DNA from: Eledone cirrhosa
Lineage: Eukaryota
Direction: 5' to 3'
NCBI GenBank assembly: GCA_964016885.1
Contig: OZ024745.1
Location: forward strand, 96,038,001 to 96,102,000
Length of the DNA: 64,000 bases
Shown here: positions 13,321-25,139 of the stretch, in pieces
Layout of the letters: every line of letters begins with the position of its first letter
Numbering within the stretch: position 1 is the first letter of the stretch
The notes under the pieces: generated by a model
Seen by the model: only the letters and a program-made list of their open reading frames with translations
Databases searched by the model: none
What the model was told of the DNA's origin: nothing
Translations under genes and position numbers: made by a program

Positions 13321-13385
13321 TATTTTATCTGATGAAAGCACACCATAATTTAACTTGGTGTCCTTGAAATATGTGTAATGAAATA
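13321..13385 (+). ncRNA. minimal type-I hammerhead ribozyme A2
   Basis: UAUUUUAU-CUGAUGA-AAGCACACCA..UGGUGUCCUU-GAAA-UAUGUG-UA|AUGAAAUA: helix II sequence differs from A1 but pairing is kept. Confidence 0.85.
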
Positions 13386-13615
13386 AATATGGTTTTATAA
13401 ATATAGTTTCCATTTGTTAATATCGTATTTTTACTCCAAAGTTGAGTGCTTTATATAAGTTATAAAAATATTTGCTTGTTGTATCCCAACAATTTAAATA
13501 GAACTTTTACATATATATATATATATATAAATATATAAATATATATATATAAATATATATATATTAAACTTTAATCTGTTATTTTAATAAATATATATAT
13601 ATATAAATATATTTT

Positions 13616-14406
13616 CTAGGGCGAGTAAAATTCTCGAGATCCATGGACGAGTTCTCTCCAGCGGTCTCTGTCCCTCATTATCGCTGCCATGTCCTGCGTC
13701 TCCAACAGACTAGTGTCTGTCCTTAGGGCATCAACATACGTTAACCTTGGTCTTCCTCTTCCAGTGTGTCCATCTAGGGGCTCCCACAGGAGCACTGAGT
13801 GCAATGTCAACTCTGGATGTCGGTGAGCATGTCCAGCTAACCTCAGTCTCCTCTGTGTCACTTTTGAGCTGACATTTGGGAGCCTCCCATACAGCTTTAC
13901 TGTAGCACCAGCTCAGAGCAGGAGAGTTAAGGCGAAAAAGATATCAGATGCTGAATTTGCCGACGACATAATTTTGGTGACAAATACAGTGAAGGAGGCA
14001 GAGGATTTGATGCAGGAGGTTGAGACTGTGTCGATGAGTGTGTGACTGAGAATGAATGAGACTAAAACAAAATATCTGGTAGAGAATGTTGAGAAGCCAG
14101 AGGGGATCACTAATGTAGGTGGGAAGCCGCGAGAATTGGTGGAGGACTTCCTGTATTTGGGAGCAAAGATGGGAATACGGAAGATGATGTGGTTGAGAGG
14201 AAGAGCAAAGCCTGGACGGCGTGCCACAGCTTGAGATCGGTGTGGAAGTCGGAACTTTGTAAAGACGTGAAAATCCTCCTCTTCATTGCTGTAGTGGAGT
14301 CTGTGCTGCTGTACGGGTCTGAGACTTGGACACTGACCAAGAAACTCACTCAGATGGTGGATGGGTGGTACACGAGAATGCTGAGGATGGCTCTGAACAT
14401 TAATCA

Positions 14407-14408
<2 letters not shown>
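13616..14408 (-). mobile_element. RTE/RTE-X-type LINE fragment with 5' inversion, in (TA)n
   Basis: The minus-strand 3' piece (LYGRLP..RRLRLAGH..GRP..DRDRW, 13616-~13905) is joined to a plus-strand upstream piece (FADDI..YLG..LLYGSETWTL..RMALNI, ~13913-14408). Confidence 0.8.
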
Positions 14409-14462
<54 letters not shown>

Positions 14463-14482
14463 TCTTTGTGTATAATATATAC

Positions 14483-14527
<45 letters not shown>

Positions 14528-15120
14528 TAATAAAAATTATATATATTATATATATATATCATATATAAATCATATATATATATATTATATATTATCATCA
14601 TCATCGTCATCGTTTAACGTCTATCTTCCATGCTAGCATGGGTTTAGACGGGAATTGTCCCACTTGAGGCAAGATTGGTCATCTCGCTCGTATAGGACTG
14701 TCTGGCAGGTTTTCTATGGCTGGATGCCCTTCCTAACACCAACCACATTTACAGTGTGAACTGGGAGGTTTTTACCATGTTACCTACATGGCCACATTAC
14801 AGCGTGGACTGTGTGTTTTTTTTTTGTCGTGACACCTACACAACCTCATTTATTTAGGACTGGATGTTGTGGTACCAACATAACTTTACAGAGAAAGGGG
14901 TGGCGTTGATGGGGTGGGGGTGGGGGAGGTGGGGTAGTGGGATGCGGGTGTATATTTGATTTAGAGGTGCCTACGGACTGTAGGTTTCGCTTTGTACTTA
15001 GGCAAGGCGGGTTTTCTGTATTACTGCGTAGCACCAAAGATCTCGGTCCAGTGACATTGTCTTAGAGAGGTGTAAGTGTGTTATATATATAATATACATA
15101 TATGTATATATGTATATATA

Positions 15121-15358
15121 TATATTAATAAAAGGAATTCCAACTTTGTCTGATTTACTCGTTTTATTTACAATCCTTTAACATTTATAATGGTATTAGA
15201 ATGAAATAGTATGGTAGAATATTAAATGTTAAGTGTCAATTAACACTTAACATTTAATATTCTACCATACTATTTCATTCTAATACCATTATAAATTTTA
15301 AAGGATTGTAAATAAAACGAGTAAATCAGACAAAGTTGGAATTCCTTTTATTAATATA
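15121..15358. repeat. 238-bp near-perfect palindrome without spacer, in (TA)n
   Basis: Axis at 15239/15240 (AAGTGTc AATT aACACTT); few mismatches. Confidence 0.9.
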
Positions 15359-15415
15359 ATCTTCTATACACAATCATACACACCCGTGTATATTTATTTA
15401 TATATATATATATAT

Positions 15416-16400
<985 letters not shown>

Positions 16401-17470
16401 TTATATGTTGGTTTCCTGGATGTTTTGCTATCATTGCTGCTGTTACTATTGCTGTTGTTACTGTATTTCTTGTTGTTGTTTTATACATTTTAACTGTTCT
16501 GAATGAACGAAACTAAAAATATATAAACAGTCAGTATTTGATTAACCAAATTAATTTAACTATTTTCTAAGCAGCAAAAATTTAAACGAAGAAATACATA
16601 AAACAAGAATGAAAGAAGAAAATAAAATGTTAATGAAATGCAGAAATATACATACATACATGCATACTTATATACATACATACATATATGCATACTTATA
16701 TACATACATGCTTACGTACATACATATATACATAAATATATATATATATATATATGTATATGTGTATGTGTATATGTATATATTATATTATATTATTTAT
16801 ATATATATATATATGTATATACACACACAAACACACACACACATATATATAAATGAGATCGAGATTGTGTAGGTGTCACGAGAAAATAAAACACACAGTC
16901 ACGCTGTAATGTGGCCGTGTAGGTAACATGGCAAAAAGTTCCCAGTTCCACACTGTAAATGTGGTTGGTGTTAGGAAGGGCATCCAGCCGTAGAAAACCT
17001 GCCAGATAGTCCTATATGAGCGAGACACGGTCACCCGACCAATCTTGACTCAAATTGGGACAACTACCATCTAACCCATGCTAGCGTGAAAAATGGACGT
17101 TAAACGAAGATGATGATGATATATATATATATACAAAAGAAATTTTTGAATAATAAAATTAGATGCTAATTTGGTTCACTAGTTTGATTTTCAATTTTTT
17201 GTTTACATATTTGTTAATGATTTAATGACCTGAAGCATACTTTTACTAAATTTACTAGTGTTTAGGATTTTAAATACATTTCAGACAGCATGTAGTCGAA
17301 TACATGAATAATGAGGAAATTGTAAGATTTAGAAAGTTGGATGAACATGGTAAGCAAATGGAAACACACTTGTTCTGAATACACTTTGCGGCAGTTAAGT
17401 TGTATTATTGTTAAGGGGTATTGTGATTGGGTATTGAAATGTATTATATAAACTAGTAGAATCTAGTCTA

Positions 17471-17519
<49 letters not shown>

Positions 17520-17762
17520 TTTTCTTTATTAACCACAAGGGTTTACATAAAGTAGACATTAAGGACAGTACAGGACAATACAGGACGGTACAAATGGGCA
17601 TTTCTGCGTGTAAAAAAAACAGAGGTTGAAATAAAATAACAAAGAAAAATTCCCCAATAGGGGGGAGACTTCCGAGGGACATTTGTGGAGAAAGCCCATT
17701 AAAAGACCACAGTGGCCCTGACCACCAGGGCAAGTGCCCTCTCCCAGTTTTCCACCTTTAAT

Positions 17763-20700
17763 TTACAGACACATACTCAGAGTAGGCCCATTCACTCGGG
17801 TCATACTTGCTTCTATCACCCATCTTTCAACAAAATGCTGGGAAGAGAGCACTTCCCTCTCTACCCTGATTTTCGTTTTCAAATGAAATTTGAAAAAGTG
17901 AATCAGTGCATCAGCGAAGAGGTAAGTGCTTGTCTTCAGCCCTTTCAAACGTGTCCACCATACTATCTCTTTCGCCATGGCCACCAGACAGATAAAAACT
18001 GCCTGCCCTTCCCGGCTAAAGGAAGAGTGCGGGGCAATCCTCACGATGGAGTCAGCTGATAGCTGGATCCGTCCTTCACGTGACAGCAGGTGTTCGACAT
18101 AAACCCACAAGTCAGCAATGCTCGGACACTGGACGAGTGCGTGCAGGACGGTTTCGTCGCCCTGCGCGCATCTCGGACATGCCCGGCTGACGGCACCTCC
18201 ATGCCTGTAGAGTTTATGCCGAACTGGCAAAGCTCCTCGGTAGCACTGCCAGGCCAGGGATTTCTGGAAGTTGTCCATAGGCCCTAGCCCGAAAGTCCTT
18301 CCGAAGAGATTGGCTAGTTGATTTTCGTCGACGCCTAGAGTTTCTCCTAGTACGTCGTCGCTCTTCCCCTCCACTAATCCTCTATAGAACGCCAAGGTGG
18401 AGTTTCCACCGATCACATTGCCCGATTGGTCGAGGGCTGTGAGCTCCTGAAGACATTCCAGTCTCCAAGCGCTCCCTCTCGGTCTTCGCTTGACCCAGGA
18501 CTGCAGCTCCGTCAAGGAGACGAGCTGGGGAAAGACGTGTCTAGCAAACGGCGACCACACCTGATCACCGTCGAGGAAGAGGTGGAGATGTCGTAGCCTG
18601 AGTGCGTGTCTGCGCATCATCAGCCACGGCATGCCCAGCCCTCCACGTAGCGGGTGTTGACAGCAGATGGACCGCCTGATCATCGGAGCGCGTCCCTTCC
18701 ACAAAAAGCGAAAGAGCAAACGCTCCAGCGCAGTCAGGCGGGGCTTAGGACAAGGTACGACGGTCAGGCGGTAGTAGATGACGGACGCGGTGTACGCGTT
18801 AGCCACCTCCGCTCGACCTTTCAGGTATAGCTTCCTCTCCGCCCATTTCTGGGTGAGAGAAGCCACCCTGCTCGTCACCTCGTCCCAGTTTTTGTCCGTC
18901 TGGAGGTTCGGACCGAACCAAACCCCTAGCAATTTAACCGGTCCGTCCGTCCAGCGCCCGACGACGCTGTTGGACGGCATGGACCTGCCTCTCCAGGTGC
19001 CGAGCTGCAGGCCCACTGACTTTTCCTGGTTGATCATTGCTCCTGTCACAGCTTCGTATTCTCTTGGTGTAGTGCCGATCGCCTCGATGTGTTTGGCGGT
19101 CTACACCACTACGGTGACATCGTCCGCATATGCTGACACGGATCTTCCGCATCCTAGTTCGTGCGGGACCTCCCTCAACGTCTCCAGTTTGTGCAGTAAT
19201 GGCTCGAGAGTCAATACGTACAAGAGGGACGAGAGGGGACATCCTTGGCGGACCGAGCGCATGATGTTGAACGGTTCCGAAAGGTGACCGTTTACTCTTA
19301 CCACAGAGCAGATGTCGCTGTGCATGAAGACGGGCCCAAAGCCAGCCATCCTCAGGACTGCCGCTAGGTAACGATGGTCGACCCTATCGAAAGCTTTCGA
19401 CTTATCTAAATTGATCAAGGACCCACCCATGCCAGGTTCCCTAGCTACCCTCTCTACGATGTATCGCATGAGGTGGAGGTTGTCGTAGATGGATCTGTCG
19501 GGAATAGCGCATGTCTGTGCCTCTCCCACCAGACCACCAACCACAAGCGCCAACCTCTTTGCTAGCACCTTGGCCAAAATCTTGAACTCTGTGTTTCGCA
19601 GAGTTATGGGCCTGAAATTACTTCGGATCCTGAAATTGTTCGGATCCTTTCACAGCAGCGCCACAGCTCCTCGGCTCACAGAGCTGGGAATTCTCCCGTT
19701 CTGTTGCCAGTTGCAGTAGACGTCCGCCAAGAGGCCTCCGAACAAGTCTGGCATCTGTACGTGAAGTTCATAGGGCAGACCATCCAAACCAGGCGATTTA
19801 CCCCTTGTGCAGCCAGTCATTGCCTCCCGTACTTCAGCGGCTGTTATCAGCTTTTCGCAACACTCCGCCTCAGTGGCCGAGAGCCGCGGCAGATCGTCGA
19901 GGTAGACACTAAAGTCCATCCCTCTATCCGGCCCGCCGCTGCTCCCAAACAGCTGTGCGAAGTGTCGCTGAAAAGCTTCACACATTTGCCCGGGATCGAG
20001 TAGCATGCGCCCGTCGTGGTCCACCAAAGTTCGGATAGTGGCTTTGTTGCCAAGACACGCCTCCGCCACTCGGGCCCATTGACCGGCTTTCGTCCCCTCA
20101 TGTCTGAAAGCACGCACCCTAGCTCTGACAACACAGCCTTCGTGCTTTGCATTGAAGAATTGGGCAAGGGCCAATTTCGCCGCAAGTACGTCGGTCGCGA
20201 TGCCTTTGCTTAGCGCCTCGTCTAATTTTCTAACTAATTTTCCCTCTGCTCTATTTTTCTCTATTGCTAAAGCCTTACTAAACCTAATGGACTCTATTCT
20301 AATTGCTCTTTTCAGAGCAAACCACCACTTGTTGTTGACGATGGCCCCCCGTCAACGCCCGCTTTACTAGTTCGCTAATCCGGTCTCTATATGCCTTGCG
20401 CGCTGGTAAGGACGCGTTTAGCTTCCAGTAGCCGGGTCCTCGTCTATGAAGCCTATCTAAGTCAAGCACACAGATCACGAATTTGTGGTCCGTGTAGCTG
20501 ACTATCTTGAATTGTGGACAGCCTATGCTAGACCTATCTATTTCCCTACAAAATACTCTATCTAGATATGATCTGGATGACCCTATACGATTTGTCCAAG
20601 TCCACATTGGCACATTCGGGAAATCCAATCGGTACCTGTCAGACAGTTCAAAACGCCTGAGCAGGTTGGTGAAACTCTTGGTCCCCTCCTCCCCTATCCG

Positions 20701-21166
20701 CTAATCCCACACAGTCCCAGCGTGCATCTAAGATCCCGTTCCACTCGCCCACTAACACTAAAGCGCCGGACGTTCCAAGAAGGGTCTCCAGACGCCGGAA
20801 GAAATGAAGCCGCCCTGCTCCTGTCGGGGCATAGACGGCCACTAGCCTGAAAGCTTGCCCGTCTCCGCTGGTCACGTCCAGCACCACCAACTTACCTTCT
20901 GGGTCCAGGAAGATGGCCCGTATAGCGAGATCCAAACCTCTCCGAAAAATCACAGCAACTCCTCCCCCCGATCCCGGACGGCTGGGAGATGCGTACACAG
21001 CGTAGCTGCCGAAGATCGGTGCGAAGGCCCGTGCTTCGGAGATTCTGGTCTCGCTGATGGCCACTACAACTATGTTTAGTGACCTGAGGTCGTTGAGCAG
21101 GTGGCCTTGCTTCCATGACGACCCCAAGCTACGCGCATTTATGCTGCCTATTCTGAGTGAGGTCAT
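17763..21166 (-). pseudogene. LINE ORF2 (AP endonuclease + reverse transcriptase + Zn finger), disrupted
   Basis: 'IGSINARSL..ISET..VYAP..SYLDRV..TDHK' (APE); 'KSPGLDGLPYE..LDKSKAFDRVDH..RQGCPLS..YADDV' (RT); 'CPRC...ETVLHALVQC'. Split into at least 5 ORFs by frameshifts. Confidence 0.9.
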
Positions 21167-21172
21167 GTTGAA

Positions 21173-23156
21173 ATGGAGTGGAAAAGATGGGAAAGACCAC
21201 TTACCTTACTTCTCGTAGAGGAAGGACGGTTTTTCCATCCTTTTCACTGCTTGTGGCCTCAGGAAGGATGTCCTTATAAATCCTCCTGGAGAGTGCTTGT
21301 CGGAAGTCTCCGATGTCTTTGGGGAATTTTTGTTTTAGTGTCATGTACGTTTTCTGTGTGATGCGAGTGATTTGTATGTGTGGAGGTGGTGTGAATTTTT
21401 GGGTTGTTGTGTAGTCTTTTTCTGTGATGCTGGTGTTGTGTTGGATGTAGTGTAATAATTGGTTGTTGTTCAAATTTAATGCTGTGTAGTGAGTATCGTT
21501 TTGGTTGTTTTGTTTTGTTGTGGGTTTGTTTCTGTTTCGCTTTTTGGTGACTTTTGTGGTGTAGGTGATGGTGGTGTTGGGGTTAATGATGGTGATGGTG
21601 TTGGTGTTTGGGGTGATGGGGTTGGTGAGGCTGGTGTGGATGGTGGCATATCTGTCCTAACTTTTTGGTTTGATAGTTTATTTGTTTTCCTCTGTATTTT
21701 GTTTTGGGAGGGGGAAGGAAGAGAATTTTTTCTTTTTTGGTTTCTTTTTCTTTTTTTCTTTTTTCCTGATACCGTTTCCCACTCCTCGTCGTCACAATCT
21801 GTCTCCAATTGCGATAGGTCGGGGAGTGGAAAATCCTCCACAGGCGTTGGTTTTGGTTGTGGCGTGGTAGATTGTGTAGGCGCTGGTGCTAGTTCTGGCG
21901 CGTTGGGTGGTGGTGGTGGTGGTTTTGCTACTGTTGCTGGGGTTGTTGCTGTTACAGTTGCTTCTGTTGTTGCTGCTACAGTTGTTGCTGCCATCTCTGC
22001 TGCTGGTGGTGTTGATGGTTGAGTCACTGGGGTGGGTAGGAGAGGTGGCCTCAACCTTTTAGCCTGAGGGAAGAAAGCCCTTAGGTGGGTTCCTTCACCA
22101 CAAACGACACACCTAGGCCTTCTGCCCTCGACAATTACGGTGAGGTGGCTGCCGTCAGTGAGGTCTATTACCTCTGGGATCTCCTCAATGCTTTTTTGGT
22201 CCGCTTGGATCAGGAGCTCCATCCCAGATCCGGACCAGTTCTCCTGCTTTTCTTTCGCTATTTCGATTATCTTGGTGTTCGCTTCGATGCCGGCGAGGAC
22301 GGCAGCTATTAGCCAGGGAATTTCGATAGCCGGTGGAACGTGGGTGACCCTGATCTTTACGAGTCTCTGGCCACAATAGCTTGGGATGAGCATGAAGTTG
22401 TCACTTCTTAATGGGGCCATGGAGTGTTCTCTAGCCTCCTGAGGTGTTTCCAAGAACACGTCCACGGTTCCATACTTCTACCCACGTCTGATGTGGGTTT
22501 TTTTTTCCCACACATGTCCCAAAGCTTTTTGGATTTGGGACTCCGATGCCAGTTCCACTCGGCGCGATTTTATATTAATTGTTCGATAAGACACGGTGCA
22601 TAGGCGTTGATGCTCCACTTTATTAGGTGTGTGTGTGTGGGGGGGGGGTGACCCTGTACCCATCTTTCTTTACCATTTTTTTGGCTTCTTCTAATTCCTT
22701 CTGAGTTACCTGAAATGGTTCGCACTGTTTTGCTACTCTGGCAAAACTCAGGGTGGTTTTCTTAATGTCATTGTTGCTGTTGTTGTTATCGTTATTTTTG
22801 TTATTATTAATTTTAGTTTCAGTTGTGGTGGTGGTGGTGGCGGCAGTGGTGTTCGGTGTAGAAGAGTTCATTTTGGTTGAATTCATTTCGATATCACGAG
22901 TTAATTTATTTTTTTCTTTTGTTTCTGTTGTCGCGCTGGTGGTGGGGGTGGTGGTTGTCGCGGCGGTGGTGGTGGTGGTGGCGGCTTTAACACCTGCAGT
23001 AATTGGTAATGGCGGGAAATGAATGTCTGCCTGAGACAAATTTAAAATATTTCTACTGCTTATATTTTTAGTGTTGGCAAACGTAGTAATATTTACAATG
23101 GTGGTGTCGGTGTGAGGTGTTAGTTTGTGAGAAAGGAGTGACTCTGAGTCAGCCAT
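21173..23156 (-). pseudogene. LINE ORF1 (nucleic-acid-binding, degenerate CCHC knuckle)
   Basis: ORF pieces 22623-23156, 22478-22663, 21476-22465, 21201-21473; 'GRRPRCVVCGEGTHLRAF', basic KKKRKR stretch, Thr/Pro tracts. Confidence 0.8.
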
Positions 23157-23370
23157 GATTTTTCAAAGAAAAATTTTTGTTTGATAATTATAAAAGTTTA
23201 AATTTTGGGCTCAAGGCCCCAATCTTTTTGGGTGTCCTTTTCAGATAACAATGTATGTGCACTTATATACAGTTAACAATAAAATTTTTCCATGAATGGT
23301 AATTTTAAACAACTGAAAATAACAAACCTTTGCGGAGCTCACGATGATACGATTTACTACGTAGGTCGCC

Positions 23371-23419
<49 letters not shown>

Positions 23420-23422
23420 TTA

Positions 23423-24378
23423 ATGTTTTCTTTAATAACCACAAGGGTTTACATAAAGTAGACATTAAGGACAGTGCAGGACAATACAGGACGGTACAAA
23501 TGGGCATTTCTGCGTGTAAAAAACAAAAACAGAGGATGTAACAAAAAATAACAATGAAAAATTCCCCAATAGGGGGAGACTTCGGGGGACATTTGTGGAG
23601 AAAGCCCAGTAAAAGGCCACAGTGACCCTGACCACCAAGGTAAGTGCCCTCTCCCAGTTTTCCACCTTTAATTTACAGATACGTACTCAGAGTAGGCCCA
23701 TTCACTCGGGCCATTCTTGCTTCTCTCACCCATCTTTCAACAAAATGCTGGGAAGAGAGCACTTCCCTCTCTACTCTGATTTTCCTTTTCAAATGAAATT
23801 TGAAAAAGTCAATCAGGGCATCACCGAAGAGGTAAGTGCTCGTCTTCAGCCCTTTCAAACGTGTTCACCATACTATCTCTTTCGCCATGGCCACCAGATA
23901 GATAAAAACTGCCTGCCCTTCCCGGCTAAAGGAAGAGGGCGGGGCAATCCTCACGATGGACTCAGCTGATAGCCGGATCCGTCCTACACGCGACAGCAGG
24001 TGTTCGACATAAACACACAAGTCAGCAATTTTCGGACACTGGACGAGTGCGTGCAGGACGGTTTCGTCGCCCTGCGCGCATCTCGAACATGTACGGCTGA
24101 CGGCACCTCCATGCCTGTAGAGTTTATCCCGAACTGGCAAGGCTCCTCGGTAGCATTGCCAGGCCAGAGATTTCTGGAAATTGTTCATAGGTCCCGGCCC
24201 GAAAGTTCTTCCGAAGAGATTGGCTAGTTCATTTTCGTCGACGCCTAGAGTTTCTCCAAATACGTCGTCGCTCTTCCCCTCCACTAATCCTCAAAAGAAC
24301 GCCGAGGTGGAGTTTCCACCGATCACATTGCCCGATTGGTCGAGGGCTGTAAGCGCCTGAAGACATTCCAGTCTCCAA
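23423..24378 (-). mobile_element. 5'-truncated second copy of the Tx1-like LINE
   Basis: High similarity to 17517-18468; (AAT)n on both sides. Confidence 0.9.
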
Positions 24379-25139
24379 ATAATAATAATAATAATAATAA
24401 TATAGAACAGCCAAATAGAGCAATTTCACCAACACCAGAAACCAGATACACCACCTACCCCATCACCCCGCTGTGTACACTAAATATAACAGCCAGATAA
24501 CGGCAATTTCACCACCACCACCACCAATCCCAGCATCATAATAATAATTACTATTATTATTGTCTCAAGTTTTAACAAAATGTTTAATTCCAATATTAAG
24601 AGAATATGTCAACACATATATTAAACATAGTATCTATGCGACACAAACGCATAGATACTACAGATCAAACAAAACTAGTCTATTCGACAAAACTCAGTAA
24701 CGACAACGCCACCGCCGCCACCACTCCATCCATCATTGCTACCACTATCCCATCACCGCCACCACCACTCCTTCATTGCTACCACCACTATTCCCCTCTT
24801 AATTTAAGAAAGGGGAAGGTGGCGGTATCACTAGACAAGGGAGAGGCTAGCAAAAGATATAAATAGATTGACTTAGTGACCCGGCCACCGGCCAAACGTC
24901 AACAACTATGGCACTGCTGGCTCCCTCCTTCCCCACCAACAATATAAAAAGCCCCAGCACCACCACCGACATAGCCAACAACAATAACAGGCAACTTCAG
25001 CAAAAAGTATATTATATTATTGTAATGCACTGGGTAATTGCTGGCCTTGTGCCTGGAGTGGAGACAATTATTAATAATTTCATTCTTAAGCCACGCAATG
25101 CTCACATTAAGGAACCACTCATGATAATAACAATTTAAA

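Larger units (their letters stand above)
11638..13510 (+). mobile_element. non-coding palindromic PLE-derived element A with tandem hammerheads, in (TA)n
   Basis: Inverted arms 11638-12278 / 12420-13055 with a 141-bp spacer and a few mismatches; unique 3' extension to ~13510; (TA)n on both sides; no RT or endonuclease ORF. Confidence 0.8.
17517..23370 (-). mobile_element. near full-length L1-superfamily (Tx1-like) LINE inserted in (AAT)n
   Basis: ORF1 and ORF2 (APE, RT, C-terminal CCHC); (AAT)n arrays at 17471-17518 and 23371-23419. Confidence 0.9.
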
